DNA from: Orbicella franksi
Taxonomy: Eukaryota
DNA length: 64,000 nt
Reading direction: 5' to 3'
Assembly: GCA_964199315.1 (NCBI GenBank)
Contig: OZ116707.1
Coordinates: forward strand, 18,228,001 to 18,292,000
Under the pieces are notes generated by a model. The model was not told where the DNA came from. It did not search any database and was given only the letters and a program-made list of their open reading frames with translations. The stretch's first letter is position 1; each line of letters starts with the position of its first letter. The position numbers and the translations under genes were made by a program. Below are positions 1-10,900 of this stretch, one piece after another.

Positions 1-358
1 AAAAAGAGAGGGTTTCACGATTCCCATGTCTCTAAATATTTTGTTCACTTCTTATCAATGTCATCGCTTTAAAAACCCGATATGTAGTTCAGTAATCACA
101 TGCTATGGTTAGTCGTAGCAGAACGACGGGTGACCAAAGTTTTGAGAAGATTTCAGTGGATTTTACCGACGCCGTCGACCGTTGAATAAAGTGTTGACAC
201 GTACGCCGATTTATTCTATGGTTGGTGACTTTACGGCTATTTGCTTACGATTGGTTCATAAACAATGAAAAACTGGGCCTGTGCCAAAAAGCGTGCACAG
301 GTTAAGCAATTGAAACATCGAATAGCATCATAACAAATAAAGTCAAAAAAATGCTTAC

Positions 359-3300
359 TCTCTCAACTAAATATCTTATCAGTCCATTCCACTTTTGACT
401 GAAAATGTCCCATGAACCATAAATATTCTTGGGTACAACTTCAATTGTGTACTGAAACTTCATGTCTTGCTGCAGTCTGTTAAGCAGGTCGATACAAAAC
501 CCTGTGTACACTATTTCTCCGGTCTTAGTGACAAGTCGGTCAATAAATGGTGGTTGCTGGAAACATAAGGGAAATAGGTCAGTGTTATATGGAGCGGGTT
601 TTACTGAATTTAATGTCGTAAAACCAAAACTAAAGTTATCACCCTCCCTGGCCAATGACAAGGAACACAGAAAACGCAATTAACCAATCAATACTCGAGG
701 TAAATACACGTAACTAACTGATTGGATGACAAAGTGGCGCGAGATTTTTACGCCAATCGTGTAGTGTGGCAATGCAAACCAATTACTTTTCAACACTCAA
801 GTGAAAACAGCTCTAATCTCAGCTTAACCCGTTTGCTTGAGAATTTAAGTAAAAAGCTTCGTAAGCTTGCTTGTGCCGGTTGTGTAAAAGCTGTGATGGT
901 TGTGATAGTCTAGTTAGATAGTTAGTAAGCATGTCAGATCTAAATTTAAGAGCCCGATTGCTCGAGACCTCATGTTTTTGTTTTAGGGAAACCACAGAGT
1001 TCATTGTTATAAAAAATAGTCTTGCTAAAGAAACCTGGCCATCAATTAAAGTAAGAGTAAATATGCTCAGAAAAATTTCCATCGTTCAAATTGATTTTGG
1101 ATAACTGCTGAACATCTCTTAAGATCAACATACTATCGTAGTGATGACACGAACACTGATGTTTTCAATTGTGCCAGCTCTGTCACGTGGGGTCTGAAGT
1201 GACTGCGACAACCATAGAACCGGTTTTTCAGGAAACATGACAACTCCTTGGGATGGACTCCATTTTCCAACCTTGGAATTGAAAACAAAATATAGTATTA
1301 TTACAGTCATTATATGCAACCTGCGAAATTTGAGCAACGTGACTGGTCATGGTCACTATAAACTTTATCAGCATGAGAGAATTTATTCGAAATACTATAA
1401 TACCTTACACGTACAAATTCGTCAGTGTCACGAGAGATTTGAATAGTGGAGGCTACTATAGGTACTAGCAAGTGTTCTAGCGTTGAGGATGATGACAAAA
1501 GTACATTCTATCAACATTTCCGGAAAGGACTCGGAAAGTGAGTGAAGAAGTCGTAACTTTTCACACACTTGCCAGGAATATTAATGCTAGTAGCTTACCT
1601 CAACAAAACCGGTTCTACCCAAATTGACAATGTCGTATTCTTTAAATGTTGGCGAACCATCCTCTTTAAATTGCAAGTCGTTCATTATACCACTTGCATT
1701 GACCTATAAATAAAAGCTCAGCACTTTTAATAGGGAATTGTATTGTAGGAAATGTTTTCCCCTACTTTTCAGTTATTGTATAAGAAAATTAAATGGTTAC
1801 TAGCATGGACGTTAATAAGGGGTTGTTCTCTTTTTATATGGTATCATTTTAAAGCAAAGATGTATTTACTGAACGATTATTCCCGCAGAAAAATCTGTTT
1901 AGAGCTTGAAATAGTCAATGTGTTTAACGAGATATTAACTGTTTTCGTCTGTTTACAGATATTTACTCTACCGATTCTGATCACTTTACATCATCTTGGC
2001 CAAGTGCTACTGTTATCAAAGTTTTTGTCAGTCAGCCAAATGCGAAGAGCACAAGATAAATTGAGGGTCGTTCATTGAGCGCTGCCTGAAGGCATTAAGG
2101 ACGTTCGCGCCTAAAATGTTCCCACGTAAATATGTTTTCATACTTGCCATGCAATAGGGTAAAGATCAACTTTTCCCAAAAACGGAAAAGGGGGTCACCG
2201 TACTCGCTTTTTAGATAAGGCGCATTGAAGACCATGCGTTCTTAGAAGCTTTCGTTACTTTAAGAAATGAAATTTAGATCAGGTAAACGTACCCAATCTA
2301 ACACAACTAAGTCTTCTCCACAACATATGGTCCCCAGATATTTTTAAAGATATTTCTTGCCTTTTTTATGTAGTTCATCAGGTCTGCTCCGTTTTTCCAA
2401 GGCTCGACTGGTCCCTCGTCAAAGTCAAAGCCGAGCTTCACCCCTCCCACGTCATAACCATCTAGAATCATGAGATGAAGAGCGGTTGCCAATGCCAGGA
2501 CAGCATCATATGTCTTTCCAGCAACAACCTGCATGACAAGTGTAGGGGACTAAGCTAAGTGATTCTCGCTTGACCACAGCTGCAGGTATCGGGGTTCGTG
2601 AGTCTTGAACTGATTTTGTCAGAGTTTAATCGACTACTACTACTTCTTCTGCTTCGACTACTACTTCTACTTTTCATTAACACAGCTTTACAATGCACAC
2701 ACTTTTATGCTAACTCTAGCTACGCCCGGGACTCAAGCCAAGGGTGAACCAGGCGGTATAAAACAACGTACTCGAATGTTAATCTTAAACGAACGCTGCT
2801 GACTTGATAAAGCAAGGAGAGATTAACCACTTGAAATCGAGAAAAATATAATAATCTTCAGCAGCAGCTAACCTTGGATCTCTCTAGAGGAAGTAGAAGC
2901 CCAGATCGCAAGAACGACACAAACATGTACATAAACTCCAAACACAAAGTTCTAGAATGAAACGTTCCGAATTCAAATGGAAGTGGTTTTCAAGAACCCC
3001 GTGTTCCACATACTTGAGTTAACGTGCGCTTGCCAAAACTAAAACGAAATTCAAATCTGCAGGAGGTGATCCTGATTCCGAGCTTTCATTTAAATTCAAT
3101 TCACGGTGTACAAGGTAGTAAATAGCAATTGCTAAAAGTCCAACCTGGTATTAATGAGTGAACGCGATATCTAACAGCAGAGAGAAAAAGTAGCAGTTGA
3201 TGGAGATTTCTGGCAGGGTTTCGATTGGGTTAACCGGTAGCCAAAAAACGTTTGATTCCTGGTTTCAGAACAGTGGTATCTCACTTAATGTTTTATATTA

Positions 3301-5023
3301 CAAGTTTTGTTCTCCTAAATATTCGTGTTACCTACATACGTACGTCTAGTTCGCCATATTGGTAACTCTTCCATTGTCTTGAGACCTCTTTGTAACGCGA
3401 GCCTTCGCCAAATGCCAGTCGTGTTCCTATGACTCCATAAAACTGATTGACAACGAAATCATCGCCAAGGTCCTGCCAGTCCTATGACAATGACAGGTGA
3501 TTTTTAGAGATAGACCAGAACACACTTGAAAGGTGTGGAAGGTCTTGGCCGAGATACATAACCGACATTTGTGGTAGTAACTCCTGCAGCTAGCCAGTGT
3601 GGCTAGCGAGGATGCCATCGATGAGTTTTATGGTCGCTGCAGCAGACCCAGGTTTCACCAGTATCTATACCCAAAGGTGATGTATAGAGCTCATTTATAA
3701 TCCTGAATCAAGAAAGATACTGCTAGGTGAAGTGACTTCCTTACGGAAACTACTCAGGGTCCCTAGGTATTATTTTACACGACCTCTGAATAGAGAATCC
3801 AACGTTTCAAGACTATTACTCATTTAACTACCCGATGCCACTCAAGGGAGCGCTCTCTTAGGACACAGGGACCCAGGAAAAAAAATTACCCTATCATGGA
3901 TGGACTCTGGATCGAGCGGCCCGAGTTCAAGCCCTGGATGAGGTCACCGCGTTGTATTGCTGGCCAAGACACTTTACTCTGATAGTGCCTCTATCCACCC
4001 AGGTGCGTAAATGGGTATCACGCAAACAATCCCTGTGATGGACTAGTCATAGTATCACGTCAAGGGGGGAGTAGAAATCAACTCCTGTAGTATGGAACAC
4101 TTGTAGTATGCAGGAACGCAGACTTCACTTCCTTAAACCCTTATAAAGTGAACATACCGTAATCATCCTTTGACACAAGCAGTGCAAACTGGCTCCAGTT
4201 GTAATGCTCAATGATTCCCGCCAAAGCCTGACACTGCACTGTGTCACTGGGACTCATGCGTACGAGATACGGAAAGTTAACAGGTGTGGAGGAGAAGGTT
4301 GGATCAGTTGCCACCGGAGCAAACTGTGGAATATGGAAACCCGAGAAGTATGGTTGAGTATACTTGACACCCGACGACGTCATGGGACCAATGACGGCCA
4401 CGACACCTTGGTCGACAAGGTACTGAGCTGTAAAAACAGAAATAAATCAATGGATCGAATAAGTGGGCACGAACTTCTGCCCCGGTTTAAAATGGGACGT
4501 CTTTTACTCACGTGACCAGTAACCATGCAAATTTATTGGAAGAAATAAACTGAGTTTACACAGGAACAGAATTCAACTCAACTATTTAGACACCAGTATT
4601 GCTATCACACGTCAGGTGAAACGGGATCTATGTCTCATTTCAAATTAGATGAAATTGGGAAGCTGACAACATTCAGGAAAATTATCCTATTTATTTGCTA
4701 ATTAAGAAAAATAGGCTTTTCGATTAGTCGGAAGGTTGAAAAAAAAAAGGGATTCAACTGCAGTTTATAATTTTCTACTGAAGAGTGTAACCGTCTGACG
4801 ATTGATCGTTTTTCCCGCATGTAAATGTAATTTGTCTAGATCATTAAGAGCATATGATAGTGAGAAGTCTTACCTGCTTTTAAATTATCAAAGGCATTCA
4901 TTGGCTTGGTTATGTTGATGACGGCTTCCAGCTGTATTCCAGGGAGAACATTTGGATCCTTGTTGATGTTCGCAACGGCCACCAGGAAAGGGCTAACTGA
5001 TCTTGAATGCTCAAAGATGGCTC
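359..5023 (-). CDS. Ionotropic glutamate receptor, tandem copy A (partial, continues beyond position 1; possibly pseudogenised because one exon is missing)
   Basis: Exons with AG acceptors and GT (one GC) donors: 4874-5023 (GAIFEHS..AFDNLKA), 4158-4427 (QYLVDQGVVAVIGPMTSS..KDDY), 3344-3481 (DWQDLGDD..FYGVIGTR..), 2361-2528 (VVAGKTYDAV..YIKK), 1599-1703 (VNASGIMNDL..EYDIVNLGRTGFVE), 1134-1271 (VGKWSP..VRVITTI), 359-556 (QPPF..YTGFCIDLL..WNGLIRYLVER, S1 ligand-binding segment). Five exon lengths (270,138,105,138,198) equal those of copy B. Signal-peptide exon not located. Confidence 0.85.
590..815. mobile_element. MITE (TRGAGCGGTTTTCA-type termini), intronic
   Basis: Ends TGGAGCGGGTTTT / GAAAACAGCTCTA are imperfect inverted repeats; related sequence recurs at 13703-13835 and 19063-19220. 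Confidence 0.6.
3900..4140 (+). mobile_element. tRNA-derived SINE (5' truncated) in iGluR-A intron
   Basis: B-box-like GAGTTCAAGCCC, body ..CAAGACACTTTACTCT..GTGCCTCTATCCACCCAGGTG..AATGGGTA..GATGGACTAG..GGGGGGAGTAGAAAT, 3' end GCAGACTT..CCTT. The 3' end of the same family appears inverted at about 9520-9575. Confidence 0.7.
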
Positions 5024-6201
5024 CTTTAAAACCATTAATATGAAAAGGAAGAGAGATCAAGCTCCTAAACACAGGTAACCTGAACGTAATATGCTATTAA
5101 TAAAATATGCTATTAATAAAATACTTCATGAATTGGCGAGGAAATACGTAGGGATGGATTTCAAGGCTGCATCAATAAAATGCATTTAGGTTAAGGTCAA
5201 AGTGAACTATATAGCTATTCCATAGTGGCGGAAAAGGTGATAATATAAGTTTATATAACCTTGTTTTCTTTCAGAGCTACTTTCTGTTGACAAAGTGTTA
5301 CAGTTGGTAACGCCTGCAGCTAAATTACCGTTTAAAAACTCTGCCAAGTATTTCAAGGTGCATAAGGGTGCGAACATAGCACAATTTTCGAACAGTGGAT
5401 AAGGTGATGTCGGACTCCATCGACTGAAAGTATTTGTATGGAAAGTTAATTAATTTGATAACATCTTCAACCTACCGACTTTCAGCACTTGAGCATTCAA
5501 AGCGTGATTTGATAAACTTGAGAAAATCACGAAGTAAATGAGCAAATAACTCATTCTTCTCTCTAAATCCTGAGTGGTATTTCCATCTCAGATGCAAACA
5601 CAAAAGAAAAAAGAAAAAAATTAAGAAATTTCACATGAATATGGTGAGCAGTTCTCAGTTTTTGCGTGCAGTTCTTTGGACTTGCAGTTAAACTGGCGGC
5701 TATATTTCCTCTGGATATTGTTCCACGCACAGCAAGCTATATGACTCATAGGTAGAACTAAACGACACTAAAACCTCTTTTTTGTTTTCTACACAATAGG
5801 ATGTACCAGAAAATATTTGCGGCGAACGCAAATTTAAAATTCAATTTGCTAACAATAGACCACATACTGAGAAGTTAATTATACCATTAACTGCTTGTTT
5901 TCTATGGCGGACTTTGAAATGATCTTTTTAAAAACAACATCGCATGTTAGAATTGTTCAGTGAGTGGACGAGATAAATGTGTATTTACCCACATAACGCT
6001 ACCTTATTATAACCTTAGAAAGAAAGAAATCCAGATACAACTTTTGTACTTTTGAAAAATGCGCTCCGTTAAATATAACATGTCCTTAACTTCCTGAAAC
6101 GTTCACGACCCAGCGCTATCCTTGTTAACATTCTTTCTAATCATGTGGCGCAATGACAGTACTCGCAGCTCGCCCCATACCTTCTCACCGCTCGTCTATC
6201 C

Positions 6202-6255
6202 GACCTCGTTCCCAGGGTTCCCGCCCCTCTAAGGGAAAAGCCCTTTGAAGAGGTA
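6202..6255. repeat. Short MITE-like inverted-repeat remnant
   Basis: ACCTCGTTCCCAGGG ... CCCTTTGAAGAGGT imperfect inverted ends. Confidence 0.35.
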
Positions 6256-6669
6256 GTCGTCTATACCGTTTTTCAGTTTCACGGTTTGCTTAAGTACGCT
6301 CGCGAGAAAATTTTCCAGTCGATAGATTTTTCTTTTAGTTTTTAAATTACTGCAGGTCAGATAATGAGTTACTTGTGTCAGAAATGCCACACACCGACTT
6401 CGTTTCAGAGAGAAAGCGTGTGGAAAACTACCCTGATTTTGAAAAATTGGCGCACAATTCAGTATGATCTAATGGGGTTTTTAGTAAAAAATATCGAAGG
6501 TGAGTCTATGGAGGCAAACGATTTTAGTCATATTTTGTAGAAGTGGGTCTGTTGCGTAAATAATTCTAATTGTTACCAACGTTTTTTCTTTTAGACTCTA
6601 AGAAGCGAAATCGTTATCTTGTTTAAGTCAGACAAAACTGAAAACTGCGTCGCTGCTAGGGTCACTTAT

Positions 6670-6679
6670 ATGAAAAAAA

Positions 6680-6710
<31 letters not shown>

Positions 6711-6740
6711 TAAACAAACAAACGAACGAACGAACAAATA
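6670..6740. repeat. Compound microsatellite A(n)/(AAAAC)n/(AAAC)n/(AACG)n
   Basis: Direct reading. Confidence 0.8.
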
Positions 6741-7509
6741 GCTAATCAATATCCACGTGCCTTTACAGAAATCCTTATATTTATGATTCTTTCATTTTGT
6801 ATTTTTTTACCATTCTTTTCATCTTTTTCATTTAATTTTTTGGTGAAATAAAGGTGGATACGTTTGTCTTTATCAAATGAATAATAGACCCTGCTTTAAT
6901 AAGCCAAGATATGTTTTATTTGTCAGCATTCAGCATTGTATAGAGGCAACCTAAATCCTTTCTAGTTTGTAGTCATTTGGTACTTTTTGCACTTTAATTT
7001 AAATTTAGTGCTTATAAATGTTCCACTCCTGTTAGGTTTGATTTATAATAATCATTAAGCAGAAAAGCATCAGTTTTAGTCACACAGCTGGCTCAAGAAA
7101 AATAAACGAAACTGTTGCTAAATAGTGGAGTTTCGACTTTAGGATCAAAACTGACCATCATCAACTGAAAACCAGAAATGAAATGTGTTGTAAATTCCTT
7201 AACCATTCGTCAAAACCCCAATATTCAATCTGATTTGACATTGGTCTTTCTTAGGATTAATGAGGTAAATTTGGATCCGTTTCGGTACTTATGCAATTAA
7301 CATTTCAAGCGGTAGCTAGCCTGTTCAGTCTGTACATGTTCGTAGTGACGAACGGGTAATGCTCCAAACTAGAAGAGGTTTCGTTGTCAACGTTGGCCAA
7401 TTACTTTTATCACCACCGCCCCCTCCCTCCCCAGCCCCGAAGACGAATAATTGCTGTTTGAGTCTGTTTTTTTTTTTTTCAGTACTTTTTTCCACAATGA
7501 CGAAGGACG

Positions 7510-7939
7510 TTACACCATCGAACTTCTTCTGTACCCTGGTGTACCCTCTTCTGATTGCAGTGCTTTCTCTTTCCATTTGTTGACAAAACCGTTCAGTTCA
7601 CCACTTTTGCTCTTCTCCAGGTCTTCAACGCATAGTTCGTCAGTGAAATTCACATTTGAATTTTTTCTTGTTTGAGGATTTGCCTTCGGTTGGACGGATG
7701 ATGGAGTAGGGCGACTCGGCCCTTTGTATGTTCTCCAGGATGTCAAAACGCGCCACTTCAGGGCTTCAACTCGAGCCTGCAAGAAAGAACATTTATTTGC
7801 TTTTTTTCTTAATTGTCTCAATTAACACCTATTTGTTAAGACTGACATGATAACAACAACAACAACAATCAGCAACGACAAAAACTTTTATTGCACCCCC
7901 AGAAATTCTAGACTAACAACAAAAATGATAGGGGTACTG

Positions 7940-7975
<36 letters not shown>

Positions 7976-10900
7976 AAAAGATATTTTACATGTTTAGGGC
8001 ACGAACACAAACAAACAAACAAATAAACATAGAGACACACACAAAATAGAAGAAATATACAAAGTTAAGCTAATGATAATGTTCGGTAAGCGTTGCGAAG
8101 TAGTAATTTGCAATATGAAAGTTTTTTTTTTCAATTTCCAACAGCCATTTTTTCATTGACAGGCAACACGTGAATTTTGCAAACCATACATTTCGTATAA
8201 CGAAGTCTCACTCTTCCTTTTTTCTGTTTCAGTTCAAGTGACTCTAATAGCTTTATCACTTTATTAGCTTTCCTGTTCTTGAATATTGGAAGCTTATTGT
8301 ATTACCTCTTTGTGGTTTTGCTTCGTATCCTTGTGGGCCTCAATCACTAGTTCCACGAGTAACACGAGCAGGCTGCTGGCCATGCCAAACAGCACACAGT
8401 AAAATACACCTGACAGGTCAGTGAACGTCAGCACATCTCCTGATGTATTTATTGATGAAGAGGCTTCTGAAGGCGGGGAAAAAATGGAAGAAAATTGGAA
8501 AAAATCTTTGAGAATTTAAACCAAAAGCAAGAATTGAATGAATGCATGTGCTCCATTTATCTGCAACTTTTGACACTTTGCATAAATGGCGCGTAAATTT
8601 TAATAACAATACTTCACACATCTTAAACCTCGTGTTTATGTTTTCAGACAAATGATATTTGAACGTGAGGTTTGAAATAGTTTGTTTTTTTGATATTTTC
8701 CCTGCAAGCATCAAATAACTGTACAACTATAAAAACAAAGAATCCTTGAAAGTATTGATACGTAAACCAAGTAAACTGAACTTACGGGAGTCTGTTTCAT
8801 CGTTCTCGCACGTCCCAGTTAGCCATTTGCTTTTCATTGTCTCCATGTACCCCTTTTGTCTGAGTTCCAGCACATTGATGCTAAAGAGATGCGTGAATGG
8901 TGAATTCTTCTGAAGACCAAAGCCGTAACCAAACTTGCCAAATACCCTGAAGAGAACAGAATAAAGCGCATCATGCATTATGGTCATTACTAGTTATTCT
9001 CAAGCAAATTGATCAGCAAACCTACTATAAGAAACAGGTTTGGAAAGTTGTTTTCTGTTCAACTTGTCGCATGTAAATGCGTATGCCGGGATTATGGGTT
9101 GGAGTAATGGGTAGGGTCACTTAAATGAGCAATTCAAGCTTCATCCTAGGATAACTAAATATGTTTTACTTCATGCTAGTGTACCTTCCCACTGTGTACA
9201 GTGTATCACATGGTGGCTGATGTACGTGGTATTCAAGCACTGCGGAGTCAAATATGAAGGCGAAGTTTCCCTCGCGGACTCTTCTAATTCCCTCGGTGGA
9301 ATTTTTAAGTATGTTACCACTGGACTTCATGAACTCCCACATCGTTACGTAGGTTGGAATGGTTGACATCTGGAAGTATGTTTGTGTTTGCCCGTTTCCG
9401 GGAATTCCGTACTCGATCCTGGTTTGACGAGCTAAATCCTCCACGGATTGCACTGGCGTTTGAAACCGTTGGACGATTAAGAAGGATGCAAGATTTGCTG
9501 TGTACGTGGCCCCTAAAAATTCAAGGTAAAAACGTTAAGTCTGTATAAGAGCCAAGTGGCCCATCAGGCCAGCGCGTGTTCTCAGCCAAGCGGCAGTAAC
9601 AGTTCTCGTTCTGTGCAGTGGAAGTGAATTAATTTTGCGAATAAATTTGGAATTTCAAGGTATAATGAAAGTATATCTAATCATTAAAGAAAACCCTAGC
9701 GAGCGGTCCTACATGTAGGTTAACTCTCGGTTGTGCTCCTAGACATGACACTTAATTCTAAAATATTTCCATCAAGGAGTAAATGGGTACCCCTAGGAAG
9801 CCTGACGTACTGCTGCAACTGACGGGCTATCCGGCTATCATGAGTAGTAGCAATACTCCTTCAAGTTACGTCAAGGATCTGGCCCCAGGTGTTCAAAAAA
9901 TGGATAACGTTATTCACCGGATAAATCACTATCCAGTGGATGGGTTAAACAAACAGACCACGCTGTCCACTGGATAGTGATTTATCCATCGGATAGCGTT
10001 AACCACCTTTCGAACAACCCGGGCCTGATGGGTTTGACGCGCAATAGACCGAATACCACGTAGGGGCCAAACCACCCCACAAATGTTTCTTCAGTTCTTG
10101 GGTATTTCACATTATTTCGCATTACTTAAAAAGTATTGACTCTTTCTACACCAAACTTGGCAGATGAGCAGGAGACCTATTGCCAATTATATTTACGTGA
10201 AAAATGTCGGTAAATGTCAAAGTTGTGACGTCACAGTGATGAACGTCATGTTTTTTGCCACTTTTGAAGTTTTTAATATGCATATTTTTTACAATGTGTT
10301 CGAAAGAGCACATCAAAGGGAGTTGAAACCTGAAATAATTTTGTCCATATCACAAAAATTAAATGAAATATGGCATTTTTTAAATATGAAAAATAACTCT
10401 ACAAAATATGGGGTCCCCCCTTGAGAAAAATCCCCAAATTGGAGCTGTATTTTTTGTTCCAGCATATGCAGCTATGTTGCACATGTGATGTGCCAGATGA
10501 CTAAAGCAAAAATAAAGAAGAAAATCGGAATAAAAAATTATCCCTCTAGTGTTATTGCGTTAAAACTAGTTTTGTTACGTCATAACCTGTGACGTCACCC
10601 GTTTTTTTACTGTCAATACCATCGTAACAAAGCCGAAAATCAAATTTCTAAAACCATACGATTTTTGACAAGGTCAAGCTTTCTATTTTTCTAGATTATC
10701 AGCCTTCCTAGAATAAAACTGAAAAAAATAAACCAGAGAGATTGACTTAAGAAGGACAGTATGGTTAAGCAAATTCCGGGGGAGACAACAAAAAAAATAT
10801 TCAACTTACCATATCTCAAAAAATAATCATCAGAGCAAAAAATGGTTTCCGGCATTTTACTCCTCAAGTCAGGGCCTTTCCAATGACATAATCTTTACAT

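Noticed and set aside
3541-3720. Divergent replacement exon for the missing iGluR-A exon
   Set aside because: All three minus-strand frames hit stops within about 40 codons and none resembles the WVWIVTDG peptide.
5089-5120. 16-bp tandem duplication disrupting a first exon of iGluR-A
   Set aside because: The duplication is real, but removing one unit does not yield a convincing signal-peptide exon.
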